This document shows, in pieces, positions 39,313 to 54,400 of a DNA stretch of 64,000 nucleotides (positions are counted from its first letter, which is position 1; each line of letters starts with the position of its first letter). The translations under genes were made by a program, and so were the position numbers. Origin of the DNA: Auanema rhodensis (lineage: Eukaryota; Animalia; Nematoda); the NCBI GenBank assembly GCA_964057225.1, contig OZ059896.1, positions 19,840,001-19,904,000 of the forward strand, given 5' to 3'. Under the pieces are notes generated by a model. That model was not told where the DNA came from, did not search any database, and saw only the letters and a program-made list of their open reading frames with translations.

Positions 39313-41669
39313 GACAAAAATTTTTTCGAAAAATTTCAAAATAATTTAGCAAAAAGTAGATGTTTTTAGATTCCTTTTTTCAAGGCAAAGACGATGGACA
39401 ATGTTACTCAACAAAAAAATTAATTCTTCAGGGTGAAAATCGAGGATATAAGTGTGAACTTATATCAGTTGATATCTCGGTGCATTTTTAAGCTAGCGCA
39501 AATCTGATAACAAACATCGACGCAGCTTAAAAATCCGCATCGAATGCACTATACTACATTGAGAAACGCTTAATACAAAAATTAGTTATGATCGTTTGAA
39601 AAATGATGCATTAGTGTATGTTGAGTTTCCATGTACACTCAACATTGCTTCCAAAAACATTTTGACAAAAATTTTTTCGAAAAATTTCTAAATAATTTAG
39701 CAAAAAGTAGATGTTTTTAGATTCCTTTTTTCAAGGCAAAGACGATGGACAATGTTATTCAACGAAAAAATAAATTCTTCAGGGTAAAAATCGAGGATAT
39801 AAGTGTGAACTTATATCAGTTGATATCTCGGTGCATTTTTAAGCTAGCGCAAATCTCATAACACAGATCGACGCAGCTTAAAAATCCGCATCGAATGCAC
39901 TATACTACATTGAGAAACGCTTAATACAAAAATTAGTTATGATCGTTTGAAAAATGATGCATTAGTGTATGTTGAGTTTCCATGTACACTCAACATTGCT
40001 TCCAAAAACATTTTGACAAAAATTTTTTCGAAAAATTTCAAAATAATTTAGCAAAAAGTAGATGTTTTTAGATTCCTTTTTTCAAGGCAAAGACGATGGA
40101 CAATGTTATTCAACAAAAAAATTAATTCTTCAGGGTGAAAATCGAGGATATAAGTGTGAACTTATATCAGTTGATATCTCGGTGCATTTTTAAGCTAGCG
40201 CAAATCTGATAACAAACATCGACGCAGCTTAACAATCCGCATCGAATGCACTATACTACATTGAGAAACGCTTAATACAAAAATTAGTTATGATCGTTTG
40301 AAAAATGATGCATTAGTGTATGTTGAGTTTCCATGTACACTCAACATTGCTTCCAAAAACATTTTGACAAAAATTTTTTCGAAAAATTTCTAAATAATTT
40401 AGCAAAAAGTAGATGTTTTTAGATTCCTTTTTTCAAGGCAAAGACGATGGACAATGTTATTCAACGAAAAAATTAATTCTTCAGGGTGAAAATTGAGGAT
40501 ATAAGTGTGAACTTATATCAGTTGATATCTCGGTGCATTTTTAAGCTAGCGCAAATCTCATAACACAGATCGACGCAGCTTAAAAATCCGCATCGAATGC
40601 ACTATACTACATTGAGAAACGCTTAATACAAAAATTAGTTATGATCGTTTGAAAAATGATGCATTAGTGTATGTTGAGTTTCCATGTACTCTCAACATTG
40701 CTTCCAAAAACATTTTGACAAAAATTTTTTCGAAAAATTTCAAAATAATTTAGCAAAAAGTAGATGTTTTTAGATTCCTTTTTTCAAGGCAAAGACGATG
40801 GACAATGTTATTCAACGAAAAAATTAATTCTTCAGGGTGAAAATCGAGGATATAAGTGTGAACATATATCAGTTGATATCTCGGTGCATTTTCAAGCTAG
40901 CGCAAATCTGATAACATAGATCGACGCAGCTTAAAAATCCGCATCGAATGCACTATACTACATTGAGAAACGCTTAATACAAAAATTAGTTATGATCGTT
41001 TGAAAAATGATGCATTAGTGTATGTTGAGTTTCCATGTACACTCAACATTGCTTCCAAAAACATTTTGACAAAAATTTTTTCGAAAAATTTCTAAATAAT
41101 TTAGCAAAAAGTAGATGTTTTCAGATTCCTTTTTTCAAGGCAAAGACGATGGACAATGTTATTCAACGAAAAAATTAATTCTTCAGGGTGAAAATCGAGG
41201 ATATAAGTGTGAACTTATATCAGTTGATATCGCGGTGCATTTTTAAGCTAGCGCAAATCTCATAACACAAATCGACGCAGCTTAAAAATCCGCATCGAAT
41301 GCACTATACTACATTGAGAAACGCTTAATACAAAAATTAGTTATGATCGTTTGAAAAATGATGCATTAGTGTATGTTGAGTTTCCATGTACACTCAACAT
41401 TGCTTCCAAAAACATTTTGACAAAAATTTTTTCGAAAAATTTCTAAATAATTTAGCAAAAAGTAGATGTTTTTAGATTCCTTTTTCCAAGGCAAAGACGA
41501 TGGACAATGTTATTCAACGAAAAAATTAATTCTTCAGGGTGAAAATCGAGGATATAAGTGTGAACTTATATCAGTTGATATCTCGGTGCATTTTTAAGCT
41601 AGCGCAAATCTGATAACACAGATCGACGCAGCTTAAAAATCCGCATCGAATGCACTATACTACATTGAG

Positions 41670-44600
41670 AAACGCTTATTACACAATTTAGTTATGATTG
41701 TTTGAAAAATGATGCATTAGTGTATGTTGAGTTTCCATGTACACTCAACATTGCTTCCAAAAACATTTTGACAAAAATTTTTTCGAAAAATTTCAAAATA
41801 ATTTAGCAAAAAGTAGATGTTTTTAGATTCCTTTTTTCAAGGCAAAGACGATGGACATTGTTATTCAACGAAAAAATTAATTCTTCAGGGTGAAAATCGA
41901 GGATATAAGTGTGAACTTATATCAGTTGATATCTCGGTGCATTTTTAAGCTAGCGCAAATCTGATAACACAGATCGACGCAGCTTAAAAATCCGCATCGA
42001 ATGCACTATACTACATTGAGAAACGCTTAATACAAAAATTAGTTATGATCGTTTGAAAAATGATGCATTAGTGTATGTTGAGTTTCCATGTACACTCAAC
42101 ATTGCTTCCAAAAACATTTTGACAAAAATTTTTTCGAAAAATTTCAAAATAATTTAGCAAAAAGTAGATGTTTTTAGATTCCTTTTTTCAAGGCAAAGAC
42201 GATGGACAATGTTATTCAACGAAAAAATTAATTCTTCAGGGTGAAAATCGAGGATATAAGTGTGAACTTATATCAGTTGATATCTCGGTGCATTTTTAAG
42301 CTAGCGCAAATCTGATAACATAGATCGACGCAGCTTAAAAATCCGCATCGAATGCACTATACTACATTGAGAAACGCTTAATACAAAAATTAGTTATGAT
42401 CGTTTGAAAAATGATGCATTAGTGTATGTTGAGTTTCCATGTACACTCAACATTGCTTCCAAAAACATTTTGACAAAAATTTTTTCGAAAAATTTCTAAA
42501 TAATTTAGCAAAAAGTAGATGTTTTCAGATTCCTTTTTTCAAGGCAAAGACGATGGACATTGTTATTCAACGAAAAAATTAATTCTTCAGGGTGAAAATC
42601 GAGGATATAAGTGTGAACTTATATCAGTTGATATCTCGGTGCATTTTTAAGCTAGCGCAAATCTGATAACACAGATCGACGCAGCTTAAAAATCCGCATC
42701 GAATGCACTATACTACATTGAGAAACGCTTAATACAAAAATTAGTTATGATCGTTTGAAAAATGATGCATTAGTGTATGTTGAGTTTCCATGTACACTCA
42801 ACATTGCTTCCAAAAACATTTTGACAAAAATTTTTTCGAAAAATTTCAAAATAATTTAGCAAAAAGTAGATGTTTTTAGATTCCTTTTTTCAAGGCAAAG
42901 ACGATGGACAATGTTATTCAACGAAAAAATTAATTCTTCAGGGTGAAAATCGAGGATATAAGTGTGAACTTATATCAGTTGATATCTCGGTGCATTTTCA
43001 AGCTAGCGCAAATCTGATAACATAGATCGACGCAGCTTAGAAATCCGCATCGAATGCACTATACTACATTGAGAAACGCTTAATACAAAAATTAGTTATG
43101 ATCGTTTGAAAAATGATGCATTAGTGTATGTTGAGTTTCCATGTACACTCAACATTGCTTCCAAAAACATTTTGACAAAAATTTTTTCGAAAAATTTCTA
43201 AATAATTTAGCAAAAAGTAGATGTTTTCAGATTCCTTTTTTCAAGGCAAAGACGATGGACAATGTTATTCAACGAAAAAATTAATTCTTCAGGGTGAAAA
43301 TCGAGGATATAAGTGTGAACTTATATCAGTTGATATCGCGGTGCATTTTTAAGCTAGCGCAAATCTCATAACACAAATCGACGCAGCTTAAAAATCCGCA
43401 TCGAATGCACTATACTACATTGAGAAACGCTTATTACACAATTTAGTTATGATTGTTTGAAAAATGATGCATTAGTGTATGTTGAGTTTCCATGTACACT
43501 CAACATTGCTTCCAAAAACATTTTGACAAAAATTTTTTCGAAAAATTTCAAAATAATTTAGCAAAAAGTAGATGTTTTTAGATTCCTTTTTTCAAGGCAA
43601 AGACGATGGACATTGTTATTCAACGAAAAAATTAATTCTTCAGGGTGAAAATCGAGGATATAAGTGTGAACTTATATCAGTTGATATCTCGGTGCATTTT
43701 TAAGCTAGCGCAAATCTGATAACACAGATCGACGCAGCTTAAAAATCCGCATCGAATGCACTATACTACATTGAGAAACGCTTAATACAAAAATTAGTTA
43801 TGATCGTTTGAAAAATGATGCATTAGTGTATGTTGAGTTTCCATGTACACTCAACATTGCTTCCAAAAACATTTTGACAAAAATTTTTTCGAAAAATTTC
43901 AAAATAATTTAGCAAAAAGTAGATGTTTTTAGATTCCTTTTTTCAAGGCAAAGACGATGGACAATGTTATTCAACGAAAAAATTAATTCTTCAGGGTGAA
44001 AATCGAGGATATAAGTGTGAACTTATATCAGTTGATATCTCGGTGCATTTTTAAGCTAGCGCAAATCTCATAACACAGATCGACGCAGCTTAAAAATCCG
44101 CATCGAATGCACTATACTACATTGAGAAACGCTTAATACAAAAATTAGTTATGATCGTTTGAAAAATGATGCATTAGTGTATGTTGAGTTTCCATGTACA
44201 CTCAACATTGCTTCCAAAAACATTTTGACAAAAATTTTTTCGAAAAATTTCTAAATAATTTAGCAAAAAGTAGATGTTTTCAGATTCCTTTTTTCAAGGC
44301 AAAGACGATGGACAATGTTATTCAACGAAAAAATTAATTCTTCAGGGTGAAAATCGAGGATATAAGTGTGAACTTATATCAGTTGATATCTCGGTGCATT
44401 TTTAAGCTAGCGCAAATCTGATAACACAGATCGACGCAGCTTAAAAATCCGCATCGAATGCACTATACTACATTGAGAAACGCTTATTACACAATTTAGT
44501 TATGATTGTTTGAAAAATGATGCATTAGTGTATGTTGAGTTTCCATGTACACTCAACATTGCTTCCAAAAACATTTTGACAAAAATTTTTTCGAAAAATT

Positions 44601-47600
44601 TCAAAATAATTTAGCAAAAAGTAGATGTTTTTAGATTCCTTTTTTCAAGGCAAAGACGATGGACATTGTTATTCAACGAAAAAATTAATTCTTCAGGGTG
44701 AAAATCGAGGATATAAGTGTGAACTTATATCAGTTGATATCTCGGTGCATTTTTAAGCTAGCGCAAATCTGATAACACAGATCGACGCAGCTTAAAAATC
44801 CGCATCGAATGCACTATACTACATTGAGAAACGCTTAATACAAAAATTAGTTATGATCGTTTGAAAAATGATGCATTAGTGTATGTTGAGTTTCCATGTA
44901 CACTCAACATTGCTTCCAAAAACATTTTGACAAAAATTTTTTCGAAAAATTTCAAAATAATTTAGCAAAAAGTAGATGTTTTTAGATTCCTTTTTTCAAG
45001 GCAAAGACGATGGACAATGTTATTCAACGAAAAAATTAATTCTTCAGGGTGAAAATCGAGGATATAAGTGTGAACTTATATCAGTTGATATCTCGGTGCA
45101 TTTTTAAGCTAGCGCAAATCTGATAACATAGATCGACGCAGCTTAAAAATCCGCATCGAATGCACTATACTACATTGAGAAACGCTTAATACAAAAATTA
45201 GTTATGATCGTTTGAAAAATGATGCATTAGTGTATGTTGAGTTTCCATGTACACTCAACATTGCTTCCAAAAACATTTTGACAAAAATTTTTTCGAAAAA
45301 TTTCTAAATAATTTAGCAAAAAGTAGATGTTTTCAGATTCCTTTTTTCAAGGCAAAGACGATGGACATTGTTATTCAACGAAAAAATTAATTCTTCAGGG
45401 TGAAAATCGAGGATATAAGTGTGAACTTATATCAGTTGATATCTCGGTGCATTTTTAAGCTAGCGCAAATCTGATAACACAGATCGACGCAGCTTAAAAA
45501 TCCGCATCGAATGCACTATACTACATTGAGAAACGCTTAATACAAAAATTAGTTATGATCGTTTGAAAAATGATGCATTAGTGTATGTTGAGTTTCCATG
45601 TACACTCAACATTGCTTCCAAAAACATTTTGACAAAAATTTTTTCGAAAAATTTCAAAATAATTTAGCAAAAAGTAGATGTTTTTAGATTCCTTTTTTCA
45701 AGGCAAAGACGATGGACAATGTTATTCAACGAAAAAATTAATTCTTCAGGGTGAAAATCGAGGATATAAGTGTGAACTTATATCAGTTGATATCTCGGTG
45801 CATTTTCAAGCTAGCGCAAATCTGATAACATAGATCGACGCAGCTTAGAAATCCGCATCGAATGCACTATACTACATTGAGAAACGCTTAATACAAAAAT
45901 TAGTTATGATCGTTTGAAAAATGATGCATTAGTGTATGTTGAGTTTCCATGTACACTCAACATTGCTTCCAAAAACATTTTGACAAAAATTTTTTCGAAA
46001 AATTTCTAAATAATTTAGCAAAAAGTAGATGTTTTCAGATTCCTTTTTTCAAGGCAAAGACGATGGACAATGTTATTCAACGAAAAAATTAATTCTTCAG
46101 GGTGAAAATCGAGGATATAAGTGTGAACTTATATCAGTTGATATCGCGGTGCATTTTTAAGCTAGCGCAAATCTCATAACACAAATCGACGCAGCTTAAA
46201 AATCCGCATCGAATGCACTATACTACATTGAGAAACGCTTATTACACAATTTAGTTATGATTGTTTGAAAAATGATGCATTAGTGTATGTTGAGTTTCCA
46301 TGTACACTCAACATTGCTTCCAAAAACATTTTGACAAAAATTTTTTCGAAAAATTTCAAAATAATTTAGCAAAAAGTAGATGTTTTTAGATTCCTTTTTT
46401 CAAGGCAAAGACGATGGACATTGTTATTCAACGAAAAAATTAATTCTTCAGGGTGAAAATCGAGGATATAAGTGTGAACTTATATCAGTTGATATCTCGG
46501 TGCATTTTTAAGCTAGCGCAAATCTGATAACACAGATCGACGCAGCTTAAAAATCCGCATCGAATGCACTATACTACATTGAGAAACGCTTAATACAAAA
46601 ATTAGTTATGATCGTTTGAAAAATGATGCATTAGTGTATGTTGAGTTTCCATGTACACTCAACATTGCTTCCAAAAACATTTTGACAAAAATTTTTTCGA
46701 AAAATTTCAAAATAATTTAGCAAAAAGTAGATGTTTTTAGATTCCTTTTTTCAAGGCAAAGACGATGGACAATGTTATTCAACGAAAAAATTAATTCTTC
46801 AGGGTGAAAATCGAGGATATAAGTGTGAACTTATATCAGTTGATATCTCGGTGCATTTTTAAGCTAGCGCAAATCTCATAACACAGATCGACGCAGCTTA
46901 AAAATCCGCATCGAATGCACTATACTACATTGAGAAACGCTTAATACAAAAATTAGTTATGATCGTTTGAAAAATGATGCATTAGTGTATGTTGAGTTTC
47001 CATGTACACTCAACATTGCTTCCAAAAACATTTTGACAAAAATTTTTTCGAAAAATTTCTAAATAATTTAGCAAAAAGTAGATGTTTTCAGATTCCTTTT
47101 TTCAAGGCAAAGACGATGGACAATGTTATTCAACGAAAAAATTAATTCTTCAGGGTGAAAATCGAGGATATAAGTGTGAACTTATATCAGTTGATATCTC
47201 GGTGCATTTTTAAGCTAGCGCAAATCTGATAACACAGATCGACGCAGCTTAAAAATCCGCATCGAATGCACTATACTACATTGAGAAACGCTTATTACAC
47301 AATTTAGTTATGATTGTTTGAAAAATGATGCATTAGTGTATGTTGAGTTTCCATGTACACTCAACATTGCTTCCAAAAACATTTTGACAAAAATTTTTTC
47401 GAAAAATTTCAAAATAATTTAGCAAAAAGTAGATGTTTTTAGATTCCTTTTTTCAAGGCAAAGACGATGGACATTGTTATTCAACGAAAAAATTAATTCT
47501 TCAGGGTGAAAATCGAGGATATAAGTGTGAACTTATATCAGTTGATATCTCGGTGCATTTTTAAGCTAGCGCAAATCTGATAACACAGATCGACGCAGCT

Positions 47601-48438
47601 TAAAAATCCGCATCGAATGCACTATACTACATTGAGAAACGCTTAATACAAAAATTAGTTATGATCGTTTGAAAAATGATGCATTAGTGTATGTTGAGTT
47701 TCCATGTACACTCAACATTGCTTCCAAAAACATTTTGACAAAAATTTTTTCGAAAAATTTCAAAATAATTTAGCAAAAAGTAGATGTTTTTAGATTCCTT
47801 TTTTCAAGGCAAAGACGATGGACAATGTTATTCAACGAAAAAATTAATTCTTCAGGGTGAAAATCGAGGATATAAGTGTGAACTTATATCAGTTGATATC
47901 TCGGTGCATTTTTAAGCTAGCGCAAATCTGATAACATAGATCGACGCAGCTTAAAAATCCGCATCGAATGCACTATACTACATTGAGAAACGCTTAATAC
48001 AAAAATTAGTTATGATCGTTTGAAAAATGATGCATTAGTGTATGTTGAGTTTCCATGTACACTCAACATTGCTTCCAAAAACATTTTGACAAAAATTTTT
48101 TCGAAAAATTTCTAAATAATTTAGCAAAAAGTAGATGTTTTCAGATTCCTTTTTTCAAGGCAAAGACGATGGACATTGTTATTCAACGAAAAAATTAATT
48201 CTTCAGGGTGAAAATCGAGGATATAAGTGTGAACTTATATCAGTTGATATCTCGGTGCATTTTTAAGCTAGCGCAAATCTGATAACACAGATCGACGCAG
48301 CTTAAAAATCCGCATCGAATGCACTATACTACATTGAGAAACGCTTAATACAAAAATTAGTTATGATCGTTTGAAAAATGATGCATTAGTGTATGTTGAG
48401 TTTCCATGTACACTCAACATTGCTTCCAAAAACATTTT
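41670..48438. repeat. 8-mer (2808 bp) higher-order repeat, about 2.4 apparently identical copies, M120-M138
   Basis: M120-127 = M128-135 and M136-138 = M120-122 at all variant sites I scored. The diagnostic TTATTACACAATTTAG patch recurs at monomer spacings of 5, 3, 5, 3. Confidence 0.88.
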
Positions 48439-51400
48439 GACAAAAATTTTTTCGAAAAATTTCAAAATAATTTAGCAAAAAGTAGATGTTTTTAGATTCC
48501 TTTTTTCAAGGCAAAGACGATGGACAATGTTATTCAACGAAAAAATTAATTCTTCAGGGTGAAAATCGAGGATATAAGTGTGAACTTATATCAGTTGATA
48601 TCTCGGTGCATTTTTAAGCTAGCGCAAATCTCATAACACAGATCGACGCAGCTTAAAAATCCGCATCGAATGCACTATACTACATTGAGAAACGCTTAAT
48701 ACAAAAATTAGTTATGATCGTTTGAAAAATGATGCATTAGTGTATGTTGAGTTTCCATGTACACTCAACATTGCTTCCAAAAACATTTTGACAAAAATTT
48801 TTTCGAAAAATTTCTAAATAATTTAGCAAAAAGTAGATGTTTTCAGATTCCTTTTTTCAAGGCAAAGACGATGGACAATGTTATTCAACGAAAAAATTAA
48901 TTCTTCAGGGTGAAAATCGAGGATATAAGTGTGAACATATATCAGTTGATATCTCGGTGCATTTTCAAGCTAGCGCAAATCTGATAACATAGATCGACGC
49001 AGCTTAGAAATCCGCATCGAATGCACTATACTACATTGAGAAACGCTTAATACAAAAATTAGTTATGATCGTTTGAAAAATGATGCATTAGTGTATGTTG
49101 AGTTTCCATGTACACTCAACATTGCTTCCAAAAACATTTTGACAAAAATTTTTTCGAAAAATTTCTAAATAATTTAGCAAAAAGTAGATGTTTTCAGATT
49201 CCTTTTTTCAAGGCAAAGACGATGGACAATGTTATTCAACGAAAAAATTAATTCTTCAGGGTGAAAATCGAGGATATAAGTGTGAACTTATATCAGTTGA
49301 TATCGCGGTGCATTTTTAAGCTAGCGCAAATCTCATAACACAAATCGACGCAGCTTAAAAATCCGCATCGAATGCACTATACTACATTGAGAAACGCTTA
49401 ATACAAAAATTAGTTATGATCGTTTGAAAAATGATGCATTAGTGTATGTTGAGTTTCCATGTACACTCAACATTGCTTCCAAAAACATTTTGACAAAAAT
49501 TTTTTCGAAAAATTTCAAAATAATTTAGCAAAAAGTAGATGTTTTTAGATTCCTTTTTTCAAGGCAAAGACGATGGACATTGTTATTCAACGAAAAAATT
49601 AATTCTTCAGGGTGAAAATCGAGGATATAAGTGTGAACTTATATCAGTTGATATCTCGGTGCATTTTTAAGCTAGCGCAAATCTGATAACACAGATCGAC
49701 GCAGCTTAAAAATCCGCATCGAATGCACTATACTACATTGAGAAACGCTTAATACAAAAATTAGTTATGATCGTTTGAAAAATGATGCATTAGTGTATGT
49801 TGAGTTTCCATGTACACTCAACATTGCTTCCAAAAACATTTTGACAAAAATTTTTTCGAAAAATTTCAAAATAATTTAGCAAAAAGTAGATGTTTTTAGA
49901 TTCCTTTTTTCAAGGCAAAGACGATGGACAATGTTATTCAACGAAAAAATTAATTCTTCAGGGTGAAAATCGAGGATATAAGTGTGAACTTATATCAGTT
50001 GATATCTCGGTGCATTTTTAAGCTAGCGCAAATCTCATAACACAGATCGACGCAGCTTAAAAATCCGCATCGAATGCACTATACTACATTGAGAAACGCT
50101 TAATACAAAAATTAGTTATGATCGTTTGAAAAATGATGCATTAGTGTATGTTGAGTTTCCATGTACACTCAACATTGCTTCCAAAAACATTTTGACAAAA
50201 ATTTTTTCGAAAAATTTCTAAATAATTTAGCAAAAAGTAGATGTTTTTAGATTCCTTTTTTCAAGGCAAAGACGATGGACAATGTTATTCAACGAAAAAA
50301 TTAATTCTTCAGGGTGAAAATCGAGGATATAAGTGTGAACTTATATCAGTTGATATCTCGGTGCATTTTTAAGCTAGCGCAAATCTGATAACACAGATCG
50401 ACGCAGCTTAAAAATCCGCATCGAATGCACTATACTACATTGAGAAACGCTTAATACAAAAATTAGTTATGATCGTTTGAAAAATGATGCATTAGTGTAT
50501 GTTGAGTTTCCATGTACACTCAACATTGCTTCCAAAAACATTTTGACAAAAATTTTTTCGAAAAATTTCTAAATAATTTAGCAAAAAGTAGATGTTTTCA
50601 GATTCCTTTTTTCAAGGCAAAGACGATGGACAATGTTATTCAACGAAAAAATTAATTCTTCAGGGTGAAAATCGAGGATATAAGTGTGAACTTATATCAG
50701 TTGATATCGCGGTGCATTTTTAAGCTAGCGCAAATCTCATAACACAAATCGACGCAGCTTAAAAATCCGCATCGAATGCACTATACTACATTGAGAAACG
50801 CTTAATACAAAAATTAGTTATGATCGTTTGAAAAATGATGCATTAGTGTATGTTGAGTTTCCATGTACACTCAACATTGCTTCCAAAAACATTTTGACAA
50901 AAATTTTTTCGAAAAATTTCAAAATAATTTAGCAAAAAGTAGATGTTTTTAGATTTCTTTTTTCAAGGCAAAGACGATGGACATTGTTATTCAACGAAAA
51001 AATTAAATCTTCAGGGTGAAAATCGAGGATATAAGTGTGAACTTATATCAGTTGATATCTCGGTGCATTTTTAAGCTAGCGCAAATCTGATAACACAGAT
51101 CGACGCAGCTTAAAAATCCGCATCGAATGCACTATACTACATTGAGAAACGCTTAATACAAAAATTAGTTATGATCGTTTGAAAAATGATGCATTAGTGT
51201 ATGTTGAGTTTCCATGTACACTCAACATTGCTTCCAAAAACATTTTGACAAAAATTTTTTCGAAAAATTTCAAAATAATTTAGCAAAAAGTAGATGTTTT
51301 TAGATTCCTTTTTTCAAGGCAAAGACGATGGACAATGTTATTCAACGAAAAAATTAATTCTTCAGGGTGAAAATCGAGGATATAAGTGTGAACTTATATC

Positions 51401-54400
51401 AGTTGATATCTCGGTGCATTTTTAAGCTAGCGCAAATCTCATAACACAGATCGACGCAGCTTAAAAATCCGCATCGAATGCACTATACTACATTGAGAAA
51501 CGCTTAATACAAAAATTAGTTATGATCGTTTGAAAAATGATGCATTAGTGTATGTTGAGTTTCCATGTACACTCAACATTGCTTCCAAAAACATTTTGAC
51601 AAAAATTTTTTCGAAAAATTTCAAAATAATTTAGCAAAAAGTAGATGTTTTTAGATTCCTTTTTTCAAGGCAAAGACGATGGACATTGTTATTCAACGAA
51701 AAAATTAATTCTTCAGGGTGAAAATCGAGGATATAAGTGTGAACTTATATCAGTTGATATCTCGGTGCATTTTTAAGCTAGCGCAAATCTGATAACACAG
51801 ATCGACGCAGCTTAAAAATCCGCATCGAATGCACTATACTACATTGAGAAACGCTTAATACAAAAATTAGTTATGATCGTTTGAAAAATGATGCATTAGT
51901 GTATGTTGAGTTTCCATGTACACTCAACATTGCTTCCAAAAACATTTTGACAAAAATTTTTTCGAAAAATTTCAAAATAATTTAGCAAAAAGTAGATGTT
52001 TTTAGATTCCTTTTTTCAAGGCAAAGACGATGGACAATGTTATTCAACGAAAAAATTAATTCTTCAGGGTGAAAATCGAGGATATAAGTGTGAACTTATA
52101 TCAGTTGATATCTCGGTGCATTTTTAAGCTAGCGCAAATCTCATAACACAGATCGACGCAGCTTAAAAATCCGCATCGAATGCACTATACTACATTAAGA
52201 AACGCTTAATACAAAAATTAGTTATGATCGTTTGAAAAATGATGCATTAGTGTATGTTGAGTTTCCATGTACACTCAACATTGCTTCCAAAAACATTTTG
52301 ACAAAAATTTTTTCGAAAAATTTCTAAATAATTTAGCAAAAAGTAGATGTTTTTAGATTCCTTTTTTCAAGGCAAAGACGATGGACAATGTTATTCAACG
52401 AAAAAATTAATTCTTCAGGGTGAAAATCGAGGATATAAGTGTGAACTTATATCAGTTGATATCTCGGTGCATTTTTAAGCTAGCGCAAATCTGATAACAC
52501 AGATCGACGCAGCTTAAAAATCCGCATCGAATGCACTATACTACATTGAGAAACGCTTAATACAAAAATTAGTTATGATCGTTTGAAAAATGATGCATTA
52601 GTGTATGTTGAGTTTCCATGTACACTCAACATTGCTTCCAAAAACATTTTGACAAAAATTTTTTCGAAAAATTTCTAAATAATTTAGCAAAAAGTAGATG
52701 TTTTCAGATTCCTTTTTTCAAGGCAAAGACGATGGACAATGTTATTCAACGAAAAAATTAATTCTTCAGGGTGAAAATCGAGGATATAAGTGTGAACTTA
52801 TATCAGTTGATATCGCGGTGCATTTTTAAGCTAGCGCAAATCTCATAACACAAATCGACGCAGCTTAAAAATCCGCATCGAATGCACTATACTACATTGA
52901 GAAACGCTTAATACAAAAATTAGTTATGATCGTTTGAAAAATGATGCATTAGTGTATGTTGAGTTTCCATGTACACTCAACATTGCTTCCAAAAACATTT
53001 TGACAAAAATTTTTTCGAAAAATTTCAAAATAATTTAGCAAAAAGTAGATGTTTTTAGATTCCTTTTTTCAAGGCAAAGACGATGGACAATGTTATTCAA
53101 CAAAAAAATTAATTCTTCAGGGTGAAAATCGAGGATATATGTGTGAACTTATATCAGTTGATATCTCGGTGCATTTTTAAGCTAGCGCAAATCTGATAAC
53201 AAACATCGACGCAGCTTAAAAATCCGCATCGAATGCACTATACCACATTGAGAAACGCTTAATACAAAAATTAGTTATGATCGTTTGAAAAATGATGCAT
53301 TAGTGTATGTTGAGTTTCCATGTACACTCAACATTGCTTCCAAAAACATTTTGACAAAAATTTTTTCGAAAAATTTCAAAATAATTTAGCAAAAAGTAGA
53401 TGTTTTTAGATTCCTTTTTTCAAGGCAAAGACGATGGACAATGTTATTCAACGAAAAAATTAATTCTTCAGGGTGAAAATCGAGGATATAAGTGTGAACT
53501 TATATCAGTTGATATCTCGGTGCATTTTTAAGCTAGCGCAAATCTCATAACACAGATCGACGCAGCTTAAAAATCCGCATCGAATGCACTATACTACATT
53601 GAGAAACGCTTAATACAAAAATTAGTTATGATCGTTTGAAAAATGATGCATTAGTGTATGTTGAGTTTCCATGTACACTCAACATTGCTTCCAAAAACAT
53701 TTTGACAAAAATTTTTTCGAAAAATTTCTAAATAATTTAGCAGAAAGTAGATGTTTTTAGATTCCTTTTTTCAAGGCAAAGACGATGGACAATGTTATTC
53801 AACAAAAAAATTAATTCTTCAGGGTGAAAATCGAGGATATATGTGTGAACTTATATCAGTTGATATCTCGGTGCATTTTTAAGCTAGCGCAAATCTGATA
53901 ACAAACATCGACGCAGCTTAAAAATCCGCATCGAATGCACTATACTACATTGAGAAACGCTTAATACAAAAATTAGTTATGATCGTTTGAAAAATGATGC
54001 ATTAGTGTATGTTGAGTTTCCATGTACACTCAACATTGCTTCCAAAAACATTTTGACAAAAATTTTTTCGAAAAATTTCTAAATAATTTAGCAAAAAGTA
54101 GATGTTTTTAGATTCCTTTTTTCAAGGCAAAGACGATGGACAATGTTATTCAACGGAAAAATCAATTCTTCAGGGTGAAAATCGAGGATATAAGTGTGAA
54201 CTTATATCAGTTGATATCTCGGTGCATTTTTAAGCTAGCGCAAATCTGATAACACAGATCGACGCAGCTTAAAAATCCGCATCGAATGCACTATACTACA
54301 TTGAGAAACGCTTAATACAAAAATTAGTTATGATCGTTTGAAAAATGATGCATTAGTGTATGTTGAGTTTCCATGTACACTCAACATTGCTTCCAAAAAC

